Assembly: GCF_006345805.1 (NCBI RefSeq)
Contig: NC_043001.1
Coordinates: forward strand, 102,796,001 to 102,860,000
DNA: 64,000 bases
Source of the DNA: Octopus sinensis
Taxonomy: Eukaryota
Reading direction: 5' to 3'
Numbering within the stretch: position 1 is the first letter of the stretch; each line of letters begins with the position of its first letter. The position numbers and the translations under genes are program-made. Shown one piece after another: positions 14,736 to 29,219 of the stretch. The notes under the pieces are model-generated. The model saw only the letters and a program-made list of their open reading frames with translations. It did no database searches and was not told where the DNA came from.

Positions 14736-15110
14736 GGCGCAGGCATGGCTCTGTGGTAAGAAGCCTGCTTCCCAACCACATGGTTTTGGGTTCAGTCCCA
14801 TTGCGTGACACCTTCTACTATAGCTTCAGGCCAACCAAAGCCTTGTGAGTGGATTTGGTAGACAAAAACTGAAAGAAGCATGTCGTGTGTGTGTGTGTGT
14901 GTATGTGTGTGTCTGTCTGTCTGTCTGTCACCCCACCATCACTTGACAGCCAATGTTAGTGTGTTTACGTCCCCAAAACTTAATGGTTCGGCAAGAGACC
15001 AATAGAATAAGTACTAGGCTTACAAAGAATAAGTCCCGAGGTTGATTTCTTTGACTAAAGACAATGCTCCAGCTTGGGCACAGTCAAATGACTGAAACAA
15101 GTAAAAGAAT
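14736..15110 (+). mobile_element. SINE family A
   Basis: Near full-length match to 4859. Confidence 0.85.
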
Positions 15111-16270
15111 ACTATCATGCAGTAATAAGAACTCACCATCATCCTTTAACATCCGTTTTCCATGCTGGCATGGGTTGGACGGTTTGACAGGAGCTGGCCA
15201 GACTCCAACTGTCTCATGAAAGAAATAAGTTGCAATGATGTCAGGCTTACGAGTTAGCCTTCTCTATAACTCAGTAAAAAGCTTATACTCGTAGAGCATA
15301 AGTTATTAGGTGACTTCAAGAAACCAAGTGAAAAGAAATGACAATTAGTCCACAGACAACATAATCTATTTCTAGCATTAGATGTAAGGCAGACCTAGCA
15401 ACAAGTTTAACACACAAAATTCCACAAAACATCAAAACGTAAGTTAATATATTAAGAAGAGTAATTGATGGAATCCAAAGCTAATATAATTCCATTGTTA
15501 CTGTTTTGAAATCAATCGAATTATTAGTGCTTGTCATCATAAATAATAAAGTTAGATCTCTCCTACATTTTTAGCTTACATTAAATGGACAAACACTAAA
15601 TATATTATAGATAATAACTAGATATTAAAGATAATAAAGTACTAGTGTGTGTGTGTGTGTGTATGCACATTGATGTGCACATATCGTGTCAAAGACCAGC
15701 TGAGACAACAGCTCTTGCTTACCAACATAAATCAAAAGAGTTACAAACTGCAAGCATCAAAGGTCACCCGGTGACCCACACCCCTTAGAATGTCTGGTGA
15801 ACTTCTGAGTTGATTAGAAGCTGTGCAGTGCAGTACCACTGGGGTGTTTGGTGAATAGATAAATGAATGGGATGGGTTATGTGTATGCATATATTATACA
15901 GAGCACATTTATACATCTTATATATTGAATATAATTCCTCTCAAACAAATAAATGTATACTGTAAATATTTTAATATTTACTCCTTGTTTAGTAAAGTCC
16001 AAATTACTTCAAGTTCATTATCTGTTTTAGAAACACATCTTCAAAAGGATACATTCAAATGCTCATGGTCAATGGAGGCCCTGAATGAAGGACAAGGTTT
16101 TCAGGATGTAGTGATTGAATTCTTCTTAAGTCATAATAGCCATGTTGGCAATGAAGATGACTGTCTTAATTATGAGAACATGTCAGTCTAAGAAATTTCA
16201 TAACTGTTTCAACAGAATTCTTCAAAATACCCTTATACTTTATCAAGAATCAATTCTTAGTTACATACTT

Positions 16271-16872
16271 AACATCATTTAATGTCTGTTTTCCATGCTG
16301 GCAAAGGTTGGAGAGTTTGGAAGGAACTGGCATGCCCGAGAGCTGCACAAGGTTCCAGTTTTCCGTTTTACTAAGGTTTCTATGGTTGAATGACCTTCCT
16401 AACACCAACAACTTTACAGAGTTTACTGACTGGCCCCATGCTGATGGCACATAAAAAGCACCATTCATGCATGGTCATTGCCAATGTCGCCTGACCGACT
16501 CCCATGCCAGTGGCACATAAAAAGCACCATTCGAATGTGGTCAATACCTGTGCCGGTTGACTGGTCTCGTGCTGGTGGCACATAAAAAGCATCATTCAAG
16601 CATGTTTGTTGCCAGTGCTGCCTGACTGGCAACCATGCTGGTGGCACGTAAAAAGCACCATTCAAGCCTGACTAGCCTTCATGCCAGTGGCACATAAAAA
16701 GCACCCACTACACTCTCGGAGTATCTGGCATTAGGAAAGGCATCCAGCAGTAGAAACATTGCCAGATTGGATTGGAGCCTGGTGCAGCCTCCTGGCTTGC
16801 CAGCTCTCAGTCAAACCGTGCAACCCATGCCAGCATGGAAAGCGGATATTAATTGAAGATGATGATTATGAT
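16271..16872. mobile_element. Two RTE 3' tails in opposite orientation; the plus copy carries ~5 array units
   Basis: Minus tail at 16271-16425. Plus tail at 16426-16872 with repeated ggcacataaaaagcacc. Confidence 0.8.
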
Positions 16873-17309
16873 GATCATGGGTACTTCCACCCTATCATAG
16901 TAAAGTAAGGAGCTGCATTGATGAGATTTTACCAAAACAGATGGATTAAACAAAGATGATCAGTAGAATACCCTCTGCATTCACTTGACTTCACCCCACT
17001 AAACATTTTCTGAGGAGATACCTACATGATAAAAGTTGACAGTACAAAACTGGCAACAGTTAATGAATTGAGGGCAGCCACTGAGCAAGATTGCATGCAA
17101 ATACTGAACAAAGTGTTTCTCGGTGTCTGAGACTCCACTACTTAGCTCTATCAGCAGTGCCTGGACCAGGAATACATTGGTATTCATACAAAGATTTAAT
17201 TTTGTCTGTAGATTCTACTAAATTGTGAAAATGAAATGTATTTTAATTAACCCTAACTTTATAATCATTTAATGTGTGTATGCATTTTATGGGTAATGGA
17301 CATTCTGTA
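16873..17309 (+). pseudogene. C-terminal fragment of the same DD41D-like transposase family
   Basis: PPYHSKVRSCIDEILP, NRWI..R.SVEYPLHSLDFTPL and KLATVNELRAA. My reconstruction gives ~41 aa D-to-D spacing. Terminus ggacattctg-TA. Confidence 0.78.
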
Positions 17310-18220
17310 TCAAACCTCATTGTTTTACACCTGCTTTCCACACTGCCACAAGTTGAACAGTTCACAACAGTTGGGATCAGTACATATTCAAAGATACTGT
17401 TCACCTAGAAAGCCTCAACAGAATCTGAAAAAGAGTCAACCCTAGCACATGACTGGTACTTTATTTAGAGATTCCAAAAGGACAAAAGCAAAGATGATGA
17501 AGGATGAAAACAACTCACTCATGCTTCATTTTTGGCTTAGCTCCTATGGCTGGATGCCTTTCACAACACCAAAATGTTCAGAGAGTGTACTGAAGGTGTT
17601 TTTTTATAGAGCACCAGCAGCACTAGAGAGATTGTCAGATCTTCAACAAAACAAAAGAATCCATGTCTCTGCTCATATGCCAAATGCTAACAGAGCATTC
17701 CGGAAGGATTTATGGTGTCATGAATAACAGTGAGGCTCCATGTACCCCTGAGAGTCCCTGCCACTCTGCAAAAGTGCTACTTAGGGCAGCAAGGCTTAGA
17801 AGAAAGCAACAGATTGATGATAAAATCAAAAGTAAAAGAATGAGAAAGAGAGTGATGGCTAGTGGTAGGAGTAGAAGAGTGTCAATAGCAGATAAGAGAC
17901 GAAAAGGGAATAATGGTAAAAATACCTCAGGATTGGCAAAAAAAGCGAGAGTAATTTAAGTGAAAGCGAGGTATGAGAAGTAGAGGCATGAATGGTAGAA
18001 ATGAGTGATAAGAGGGACAGATGAAAGAGAAATGAATTACAGGAGTACTCAATATACACACCTTCAAGGTATGACAAAGAGGATGAGTGAGGAGATAGTA
18101 TGACCAAGGAGATAGAATAACGAGAAACCAAGAAGTGTGGGTGAAAGAACAAGACTACGGTGACAGTGGAAGGGGTAATGACTGGCAGTAAAGAAGGGGT
18201 GGCTGAAGACAGAGTGTACG

Positions 18221-18262
<42 letters not shown>

Positions 18263-19629
18263 ACATGCACACATGTATAATGTCCCTTCATTAGCTTCAA
18301 GTTAGAAACCAAATGCATTTATGTAAAACAAATGATTTTAGTTCATATAACAAACGCCTGTGCCACCATAGATTCTATGCTGTGAGTTTGATGACCATCT
18401 TAGTGAACTACATAAAGCTGAGAAGATATCTCCAAATGAGCAAAAATCAAATCAAATACTTAAATGGATGAAACTCTATTATAATTACATAACATATAAA
18501 TAATTATCTGCTAAAGGCCACAATTTGAAATGCAGCTTATACAAAGACTGAAATGCCAATTCAGAATACACATTATGACAATTGATCAAGTATGTGACAT
18601 TTCATAATCTAAAGTACCATCTATCAATACATGAGTGTCTGCTGAGATGTCAAATTCTGGCTAAATAGTTGTTATTAGAGAGTAACTAATACAGCTTAGG
18701 GACTTCTCAATCAATTAACCATAATAACGCACTTATACAAACTAACAAAATAATTTCTGCTTCTTAGATGCCAGTTGCAAAGTACACTCAACAGCAAAAT
18801 GAGGCTGTAAATACATACAGGGAGTGAAATACAAAAATTCAGATGCATAAGATACATAAAAGCGAGGGGACTTTGGGGAAATGGTAAGTTCTCAGCAAAT
18901 CCGATCTGAGACATTGTTTTGAGTTACAACTGGAACTGGCTCACATATTTCAAGTAATACTTTTGGAAAAGGGGAATCCCTAAAATTACCTGCTTTCTTT
19001 TATAAATTCACAGATTTATGTTCATGCAAAAAAAAAAAAAAAAGTCCTGTAACATCACAAAAAGAGAGAAGGGGGAGAGGCAGATATGGCGGGCAGACAT
19101 ATATACACAGAAACAAGCAAGTTCATTCTAAGTACACCTGTGAAAAGAGAAGTGCCAAAAAATTTACTATTCTGATAAGAACCATTCCATGTTGCTTAAT
19201 TATTAACTGGACTGGCAGTAAAGTGGTAGAAATGGTGAAGAATCAGACAAAACACTGTATGGTATTTAAATTTTTATCTAGATTCTGAGACTAAAGTCAA
19301 CCTATGATTTCCCTTTAGCTATATTTGATTTTAAAAATGGTGTACAAGAGCTAGGCTATGGTACCAGCTCTATACAAGGGAGCTTTTAGGTGGCTGCTCG
19401 ACCAGATAGAAATCAACAGCCACATATCTCTCAAATCACACCTTACCATCTTGTAGTCACAGTGTCAGAAAAGAAAAAAGATACAATGATCATAGCTAGA
19501 ATGTCATTGATCAGAGCTGATATTAAGCTAAACAAAAACAACAACCATAAATGCTGGAGTGTTTACGACTTTACTAAAAGACATTCTTTCACTTGTTTCA
19601 ATTAGCTGTAGAATTTCAGTCGAATTTCA

Positions 19630-19966
19630 GCTGTAGAATTTCAGTCGAGTGAATGAACCCCAGTACCTTTCCTTTTTAAGCCTGATACTTATTTTATCAG
19701 TCTCTTTTACTGAACCACTAAGTTACAGGGACATAAATACATACACACCAGTTGTCAAGGAGTGGTGGGAGACACATGCACACACACACACATAAATATA
19801 TACACGTGTATGATGAGCTTCTTCCTTCAGTTTCCGCCTAACATTTACACTCACAAGAATTTGGCAAGCCCAAGGCTACAGAAGAAGACACTTGCCCAAG
19901 GTTCCATGCAGTGGTACTAGACCCAAAACCACATGGTTGGGAAGCAAACTTCTTAACCATACAGCC
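19630..19966 (-). mobile_element. SINE family A
   Basis: Reverse-complement match. Confidence 0.78.
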
Positions 19967-20084
19967 ACAAAAAGAAACAGTTATTTAAAAAGGTAAATCA
20001 TGCTATTCTTAGAGCCAGTTTTTCAGTTTTCTATCAATTCTTGTCTATTACACACACACTTTTTCTTTCCATACATTTTTTGAC

Positions 20085-20132
<48 letters not shown>

Positions 20133-21079
20133 ACACGAAGATATATATATATACATATACATATACATACACATGCATGCATCCATGTATAAACACACAC
20201 ACACATAAAAGAGAGACATGTGGGGGTGGGTGAAGATATTAAAAGTACGAGTTCAATTTTTTTTTACATGCATTCTGAATAAAAAGAAAAGACTAAAAAA
20301 TGTATGAAGATCATTTAAAATTACACCCAACAATCTAAATAACAGAAAATAAAAATAAAAAAAACAAAAACAAATGCAGAACAGGCGACTACAGATGAAG
20401 ACAGAGTATGCAAAATCATAATAAAAGATTTAGCTTAGAAAATTATTTATTTTCATGAGTGTCTGTTTTGTTCATTCAGAAAACATTTTTTGTCTTTGTC
20501 GTTGCATTTTGTCAGTAGTGAAGTGCCAAAACAGTATCTTGTACACAGAAATATGCAAACATAAATGGTATTTCAAGAGAGGAGAGATCATGTATTAACA
20601 GGATTGATTTTAATCCTTCTTTCTCTTATTTTTTTCTTATTTTGATTTCTGTTGTATGATATAGGGTGCATGCAGACACAAATATGCACATAGTAACTAA
20701 TGAGTATGCACAAATGCACATACAGAGTCAGGCACCATGATTCCAAGGTTAAGGGCTGCCAGTCTTTTGGCCTTAAAATAATGAATTCAAACCTTGCTGT
20801 CACTTTGGTACTCCCCTACACACTTCCAAGTTGAATGGATGGGCAAGCACCAAACTGTAAAATCACTTCTTCAATCCCAAAACAACAAGACAGTCATAGT
20901 TGAAGTATGTTTAATGATAGGTTCCAAAATATAATAAAGCAAACATTCTTGTTAATTAACATTAATAAATCCAGACTGGATAACATTCCATTCAAGATTA
21001 CACTCAGCACTGATTATAATATATACCATGAGATGAAAATAATACCCTTTTCTCATCTGAATGTGTCATGTATGTTTAA

Positions 21080-21290
21080 GGTAGCAAGCGGCCAGAATTG
21101 TTAGAATGCCAGAGAGAATGCTTAGCAGCATTTCATCCATCTTTATGTTCTGAGTTCAAATTCTGCTGAGGTCAAATTTGCTTTTCATCCTTTCAGGGTG
21201 GATAAAATATGTATCAGCTGAGTACTTGGGTCAATATAATTGACTTACCCTCTCCCAAAATTGCTGGCATTGCACCAAAATTTGAAAGCA
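21080..21290 (+). mobile_element. SINE family B
   Basis: Match to 5481. Confidence 0.78.
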
Positions 21291-22007
21291 ATATATCATG
21301 TATTTTTACTCTTTTACTTCATAGGTGTTGTGCATATTTCTTCATGGTGACAGAAATGTATACTATTTGCAAATGTTATACACCCTATTTGCCAAAACTT
21401 TCAAATTATTATAAATTGTATATAAAAGTTTCTTTGGATAATTTAGACATCAGTGATTCAACATATTTTCATGAGGGGCAAGAAGCTCTCAAGAGAAGAA
21501 AAGAAACCCCCTTCAGGCAAGTGTTTCAACCCTTAACTTCTTACACTCTAAGGGGGCCAGGCCACATTCAAATCATGATTCCAAAGAGCCCATCTGTTGA
21601 CACTTTTTAGCCATTTGGAGCCTTGTGCATTTAAACTGCTAGATTTCATTTAGATGTAACTCCTCTCTATTGACTCAGCATCCAAACTTATATTTAAAGA
21701 AATAATGTTTTAAATTATGATAAATTGTATATAAAGGTTTCTTAGGATAAGTTAGACAGCAGCATATTTAAATGTGTTGATTGATAGCAAAAACATTTAA
21801 TAATTTTGAAAGCTATATCTTAAAGTGACTCAACATATTTTCATTAATTTTTATTGCTCTTCATTTTAATAAAAAGAAATGTTTACATCAATTAATCATT
21901 CTATATAACATGCATTGTATAGTTCTGCTACTTCTGTGTTGTTGAAAAATATGTTCCAAAATACATTGCCCATTCTAATATTACATATATCATTATGAGT
22001 GGACAAT

Positions 22008-22402
22008 AAGGCGGTGAGCTGGCAGAAACATTAACACGTCAGGTAAAATGCGTAGCCGTATTTCGTTTGCCGCTACGTTCTGAGTTCAAATTCCGCCGAG
22101 GTCAACTTTGCCTTTCATCCTTTCAGGATCAATTAAATAAGTACCATTTACGCACTGGGGTCGATAATCAACTTAATCTGTTTGTCTGTCCTTGTTTGTC
22201 CCCTCTGTGTGTAGCCCCTTGTGGGCAGTAAAGAAATAGGTATTTCATCTGTCTTTACATTCTGGGTTCAAATTCCACCAAGGTCGACTTGGCTTTCATC
22301 CTTTCGGGGTCGATAAATTAAGTACCAGTTGCATACTGGGGTTGACCTAATCAACTGGCCCCCTTCCCAAAAATTTCAGGCCTTGTACCTGGAGTACAAA
22401 AG
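22008..22402 (+). mobile_element. SINE family B, long form with a duplicated core
   Basis: Core repeated twice. 16-bp TSD attatgagt(g/a)ga(c/t)aat. Confidence 0.85.
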
Positions 22403-22479
22403 ATTATGAGTAGATAATATTTAGGGCTGGGTTAGCCTCACTACCCACAAGTAGTAAGTAACTTACCCAAGGGAAATTT

Positions 22480-22820
22480 GCCTAATGCAAAAACTGGTGC
22501 ACCATCAGTTATGACAATGAGGGTACCAGTTGATCCAATCAATGGAACAGCCTGCTCATGAAAGTAAAAGGCAAATGACTGAATACTCCACAGACATGCA
22601 TACCCTTGATATACTTCTCAGAGAGATGCAGTGTGACATAGAATGTGACAAGGCCAGCCCCTTTTGAATTACAAGTACTATTCATTTTTTGTCAGCTGTG
22701 TGGACTGAAGCAATGTGAAACAAAGTGTCTTGCTCTGCTCAAGGACACAACACACTGCTGGGAATTGAACACATGACCTTACAATTACGAGATGATTATC
22801 CTAACCACTAAGCTATGCAC
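22480..22820 (-). mobile_element. tRNA-headed SINE, family C
   Basis: Reverse complement reads gtgcatagcttagtggttagg...gtgttcaattccc...gtgtccttgagca. A head fragment also lies at ~9470-9560. Confidence 0.65.
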
Positions 22821-22840
22821 CATCACTAGTACAAATTCTT

Positions 22841-23085
22841 GTGAAAAGTAAGAGAGTCCAGTTTGCTGGACATTGTTGTAGAGCTGAAAAAGCGGTAATT
22901 TCTACTCTTCTCCTCTGGAAGCCATCTACTCGCAATACCAGAGGGCGCACACTCTCCTACCTTGATGTAATCTCCAGGGATACAGGCATCCAGCAACAGG
23001 ACCTCCGTAATGCCATGATGGACCGTGAAGTCTGGCGTAGCATGGTAAATTCCATTGTCTCGACCACGGTCGAACAATGATGATG
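22841..23085 (+). mobile_element. 5'-truncated RTE-type LINE 3' end, second family, (TGA)n tail
   Basis: Open frame QFAGHC...RGR...DVISRDTG...AMMDREVWR ending in a stop plus tgatgatg. Perfect 10-bp TSD acaaattctt at 22831-22840 and 23086-23095. Confidence 0.9.
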
Positions 23086-23464
23086 ACAAATTCTTACAAG
23101 TCAGAATTGGACACGTGACTGTTGACTCTTCACCCAACCACATCAACCAACAGTTTTCATGGAGATTCCAAACATTAGCTGCATAATTGTGCTTTTATTT
23201 ATTTAATTTACTTGCAGAGTCAGAGGCAACATATTTTACAAAAAAAAAAAATAATACTTGTCTAGATCGTAAACATCTAGCGTGTTACTAAGTTGAGAAG
23301 ACAGATTTAATGGTAAGACGGTTTGACATCTATTTTTAGCATACAAGTGATTCACATAGTGGGCTCTCATATTGTTTATGCAGAAATGAAATTCATGGTC
23401 TTTGGACGTTTTTAAGTATGCTGACCACTAGTTGAAATTGATATTATTTAATAATATTAATTTC

Positions 23465-23713
23465 TCGGTGGCATGTGTAAAAGATTCGAGCGAGGTCATT
23501 GCCAGGACTGCCTAACTGGCTCTGTGTCGGTAGCACATAAAAAGCACCCACTACACTCTCTGAGTGGTTGGCGTTAGGAAGGGTATCCAGCTGTAGAAAC
23601 TCTGCCAGATCAAGATTGAAGTCTGGTGCAGCCATCTGGTTTGCCAGTCCTCAGTCAAATCGTCTTACCCATGCTAGCATGGAAAGCAGACGTTAAACGA
23701 TGATGATGATGAT
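23465..23713 (+). mobile_element. RTE 3' tail
   Basis: Same tail sequence, ending acgttaaacgatgatgatg. Confidence 0.85.
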
Positions 23714-24229
23714 TATATAAAATTACCTAATTAAATATGAATCATTCTTGTTTTCCAGTTGATTCCCAAATGTCAACTGCTACAGCAGCATTAATTGTGA
23801 CCTCAACTATCAGCTACTCCAGCCCAGCAAGAGTAGATACTCTCAGATATTGTTAACCACAAAGCCTCAAGCTGTACTTGACACTTCTTGTCAGTAGGTG
23901 GTGGAGTTATCACTTAAGTGTAAATGCCATTTTTGTGCATTCGGCCCAGAACTTCTTACTACCTCCATTCCAACACCTCTATAATCTCGTAGCTGACAGG
24001 AAGAGAAAAGTTTACATCACGTGTATATACATCTTATTGTGACATAAGTAATAATGAGCTTTCCTTGTGCCTCGCAAGACTAAAGGCTCTGCACTACACT
24101 GTGACAACACCGTTTACTTAAGGTAAATGGGGGCGAGAATAATGAACAGAAGAACTACACACACACACACAAGTATACGTAATTTACAAGCTGCATCTGG
24201 AGGAAGAGACAGTAACAGTAACCATGACG

Positions 24230-26250
24230 TTTACAGGTTCTGCTAGACTAGTGAGGCAGATGTCCTTCATGACCGTCTTCATCCAATGCAAGTCAACACC
24301 TGCAGGAAAAGACATTAGCAGGGAGAAAGCTCCAGAGGGCTGATATTAGAGAGGGAAAGACCAAGTGTAGCAGGTCATTGAGACTGGGACACAAGATGAG
24401 TGATGAGGAGGAGGAGAAATGAGTGGATAGAGAATACCTGAATAGAGCTGGTGTGAGCCCAGCCAGCTCCAATGAGCAGAGGCTATAATAGTTGTGGGCT
24501 GGAGGATAACTTATATCTATAAATGACTGACTCTTATAGGGGGCAGTCAAAGATGCCTGTGCATAAAGCCGCACCACCATTCATGATGTCAAACTATTAC
24601 TCCATTGAGCGCCTTACCAAATTATTGATACTTTGTGAAGTGTCAATAATTGTTAGGGCCTGAAAAAGAAAGGCCAGGTATTGGGATGAACTGCTAGCTA
24701 AATTATGGAAATGTTTTCACCAGAAGAGATCCTTGGTGATAGTGAGACCCAACATTTGAAGAGATTTTGAGGGGCCTAATTATGAGTTCTTCATGAATAA
24801 GATGTGATAGGATGATATTTTTTATTGTGCTGAGTTGGTGTTTTCTTGCTGTTGAAAGAAACAAAACTTTTAAGTCTCTGTTTATGAAATCAATGTAGGA
24901 TTGAGGTATGGTGAGGCATCTAAGTTGTGAGTAATGGAGTACATGTTTAGCAGAAGGCTAGAGAAGAATGAAAGGTAATGTCTTCTATGTATGAGTAGGC
25001 ATTGTTGGATACAAGGGCTGGTGGTGGTGGTGGTGGTGTTGGTGGTGGTTTGAAGCAACCAAAGGTGCTTTCACACTTGGTCTACATGTATGTGAAGTGC
25101 TGCACCCCTACATGTGTAGAAGTGGGGAGATTAGATGAGTCAAATTCATGTAGTATGGAGTTACTGTAAAGAAGTGGGGTCTTCGTATGTAAGGGTACTT
25201 GTTACAAAACCATCAGTGTCACAAAATGAAAGGAAATAATTTTCTACAAAGTTGGTGGAAATCCTTTTGACAAAGGGCCGAAAGGTTTGACTGTATAAAT
25301 ACATCTTTTTGAAGTTCAGATGGCAGTCCTACAACTACAACTGAAACATTTTGGGGACTTGGGGCAATGAGTTTTTGTTGTGTGCAGGATGTGGGGGAAG
25401 ATGCCTAAAAGGATAATTTCAGTCATGCACAGAGGTGTATTTTACAGCTCATTGACATAAATCTGGGAGGAACTCTGATAAGCTGATCTACTTGAAGTGT
25501 CAAAGACATAAGAGGTGGGAGCACTTTGGGCTGTGGTTGGTAAATGAAAGGTATATGCAATGAGGCAATGGTCAGATGACTCTATAGGTTACAGTTTACT
25601 ATCAACCAGGTTTGAAGGTAAAAAGGAGATCAATAATATCTGGGGTGTCTGCAAATCTGGCAAGAATATAGGGAACTGAACAAGTTGATGCAGAGGGTTG
25701 ACTATTGACAATTACATTCAATTTCTACATTGACAGTATTATAAGAGATAAGATAGAAAGCCATAAGAAGTTGTGAGTCCTAATTTCTGTGAAGAGGGAA
25801 GTGAGATATATGTTCTGAATGCAGGAGGAAATCTGGTCAAAGAGATGCTGGTGATTAGATGAAGCAGCAGAACAGTAGAGAGCAGATGTATTTGGGTAGT
25901 GAAAGAGGGTAATTGCAAGCCAGTAGAAGACAGTAGTAGAAAACATCCAGGTGAGAGAGGTGAATGACAGGGAGAGTGGAGTCTAGATGAGTGCAGACAC
26001 CACCATTCAAGAGTGAAGTGAAAATAAAAGTAACTTAGCAGATCGGCTTGAGACAAGGGTTGAGCGGTTTATCTCACAGAACAGGATGTGTGGTGTGATT
26101 ACGAGTAACAGGTGATAAGGAGATTGTAGGTAGCAATGAAAACCACATATTGAATGATAGAAGAGTATCTTCCACTGATATCACAGAGAGGTTATAAATG
26201 TTGGTGAGGAGAAAACCAAAAAACTATTCCATTACAAAGGAAGTTCTCTT
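24230..26250 (-). mobile_element. Old CR1/Zenon-like LINE remnant (endonuclease plus RT C-terminus)
   Basis: Hand translation of the minus strand gives PDIIDLLFTFKP (endonuclease end), a degenerate YADD (SYIED, ~24985), SLQMLGLTITKDLFW, CSLELA and ALWSFLPANVF. Many stops. Confidence 0.72.
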
Positions 26251-26582
26251 AAAACTTTTGTTCTGCACCGAGTAACACCCATGTCATCCTCACTTTCAGA
26301 AACACAATGAACTCGACTGTCCAAGTAGAAAGCTTTGCCAAACGAAGCTATTCTTCACTAAAAGTACTATAAAATATCTCAATAAAAATAACTTTGAAAA
26401 AACCGCAAATGCAAATAAGATAATTTAGTGCCTTTGGATACATTGCAATTCTGTACATTGCATCTTAAATATTCACCATATAGTCGTCAGCAAATAATTC
26501 CAAACATTCAGTATGGGTCATCATATTCAGTAGAAATGCTATATTCATAATTAAAATAACAAAAAACGAAATTCTGCTACAG

Positions 26583-26637
26583 GCTTCTTTTCAATACTGA
26601 TGTAGACTTGAACTTCATCTTCAAAAAGAAGATAGAC
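26583..26637 (+). CDS. Candidate internal exon A of an unidentified host gene (LLFNTDVDLNFIFKKKID)
   Basis: ttctgctacag acceptor and gtgaga donor. Open frame ends in phase 0, compatible with exon B. Confidence 0.38.
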
Positions 26638-26689
26638 GTGAGACAAATAATGTATATGCACCAGCGTGCAATGCACGTGTTTATATATG

Positions 26690-26909
26690 TGTAAGTGAGT
26701 GAGTGTATGCATGTGTGTGTGTGTGTGTGGTGTGTGTGTATGTGTATATATATATATATATATATATACGCACATACATATATGTGTGTGTGTATATATA
26801 TATATAGATAGATAGATATATATATATACGATGATGTTGTTGATTATATACATACACACACACAAACATACACGCACATATAGACATTTACACACATATA
26901 CATAGATAT

Positions 26910-26958
<49 letters not shown>

Positions 26959-27120
26959 TACCTACATATATATACATACACACACATATATATACGTACA
27001 CATACACTACATACATATATATACATATGCATATTTATATATACCTACACATATACATTCATAAACACATATATATATACATACAAACATTCACATATAT
27101 TCATACACATATATACACCA
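26690..27120. repeat. Compound (AT)/(AC)/(GT) microsatellite
   Basis: Direct inspection. Confidence 0.95.
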
Positions 27121-27139
27121 AAAAGAAAAAAGTAAAAAG

Positions 27140-28950
27140 GATAAAAAGAAAGGGCAAACAGAGAAGCCAGGATGGTGGAAAATCTAAAAAGGAACTCTAA
27201 AGCCTTCTACAAGTTCGCAAAAGAGTCTGCCCCAGTGCACTACAGGATAGGGCTGCTGTTTGATGAAAAGGGCTCACTGACTGCAGACCCTCCAGAGGAT
27301 AAATGAAGCATTCAATAAACAATTCCAAATTGTTTCCACCTCTCAACCAGAAAACCTGATAATAAGCAGACCTGTTGAGTTCTTCAACCTACAAGACAAA
27401 AAGGCAACCCTCAATTACATTGAAATTACAGAACAGGATGTACTGTTGGCCATTGACGAGATAAACCCAAACTCTGCAACAGGCCCAGATGGACTCCCAG
27501 CAATTCTGTTAAAAACATGCAAGAAAGCTCTTGCAGAGCCACTGCAAATGCTTTTCCAGAGTTACCTTCAATGTGGTACATTTCCTCAAACGTTAAAAGA
27601 AGGAATAATCTGCCCTGTCCACAAAGGAGGAAGCGGAGCAGTAGCTATAAACTACAGGCCTATCTCTCCAACCTCACATGTCAGCAAGATCGTGGAATGC
27701 ATTGTTAGAAAAAGACTAACCATTTTCCTAAAAGAAAATGACTTGCTTAGAGACATGCAACATGGCTTCCATCCTGGAAGGAGCTACCTAACACACCTAC
27801 TACAGTACTTCAACTGGGTACTAAAACAACAGCTCAACCATTCAAAGCTGGATGTGATATATCTCGACTTTGCAAAAGTCTTTGACAAAGTCAATCATGG
27901 GATGATATGTCACAAATTGCATGACCTCAATATCACTGGTAGACTGGGAGAGTGGCTGCATGATTTCTTGAAGGGCAGAAGTCAGGCTGTCACAGCAAAT
28001 AGTGCTCTCTCCAAACTAACACCAATCCTCAGCAGAGTCCCCCAGGGAACAGTTTGTGGTTGCTCTCTTGGACATGCCCTCAGCCATAGAGTCAGTCACA
28101 CTCACCAGTTACACTTACGATACAAAAGCATCGCAGGTGGTCAAGGATCCTACTGACATCCTAAGATTGCAGAATGACCTCAACACAATATATAAGTGGG
28201 CTGATGAGAATAATATGCAGTTCAATGACACAAACTTTTAACCCACTATCAACCCACAAACAAACTACAACTGAAGTACACAGGACCAACAGGTAATATA
28301 ATCCCAGAGTTAGTGCACGACCTGGGAATCCACATGAGCAATGACGCAAATTTCCATGTGCACACTACTCAGATGCAACACTATGCAGGCGGGTGACAGG
28401 TTGGATCCTGAGATCATTCAGGACCAAGAACAGAGACAATGCTTCTGCTTTGGAGAACTTTTGTCCTCAGTTGTCTGGACTACTGCATCCAACCATGGTT
28501 TCCACAGGGTGTAAAACTAATTGCAGAACTAGAAGCAATCCAACACTACTTCACAAAGAAGATAAACTCAGGAAAACACATGGACTACAAGCAGAGGTTA
28601 AATGAACTGGGACTCTACTTCCTGGAGAGAAGTGAGAGATATAAAGTGACTATACAAATGGAAAATAATGGAGGGTCTAGTTCCAAAATTCAGAATCAAA
28701 AGCTACAACAATCCCCAAACTGGACGTCACTGCACAGTACCAAATATCCCATCTTCTCCATCAAAAATACTAAACCAACATTGTAATAGCTTGGGATTCA
28801 AGGGACCACAAATTTTTAATGCCCTACCACAGAGCATCAGGAATCTGAAAAGCATTGTGGTGAGAGTCACAAAGTAGAACAGCAATGTCCAACTCAGTAC
28901 TTCACCAGAAACAATACTGGAAAATTCCATGGATGTAGTAAACACAGTGC
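27140..28950 (+). mobile_element. CR1-clade LINE remnant (reverse transcriptase), frameshifted
   Basis: ORF 27446-28156 has GPDG, NYRPISPTS, QHGF, YLDFAKVFDKVNH and VPQGT. ORFs 28439-28877 give the CR1-type C-terminus (LDYC..W, LEAIQ, LGL..LE). Confidence 0.92.
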
Positions 28951-28959
28951 ACCAGCTTT

Positions 28960-29180
28960 GTAAGTATGTATGTATGTATATCTTGTATCTTTTATTTTTT
29001 TGTGCGTTTCAGTCTCTTATAAAAAATTAAAGATATACGTACATACAGACACATATACATACATATATACACATACAGAAATATATACACACACATACAC
29101 TTAAATTCATGTATATACACATATACATGTACATACATATATATATACATATATATACATGTACATACATATATATACAT

Positions 29181-29219
<39 letters not shown>

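Noticed and set aside
15990-16191. 88-aa ORF in non-repetitive-looking sequence
   Set aside because: No convincing donor site. The minus strand shows only a faint RT-like remnant.
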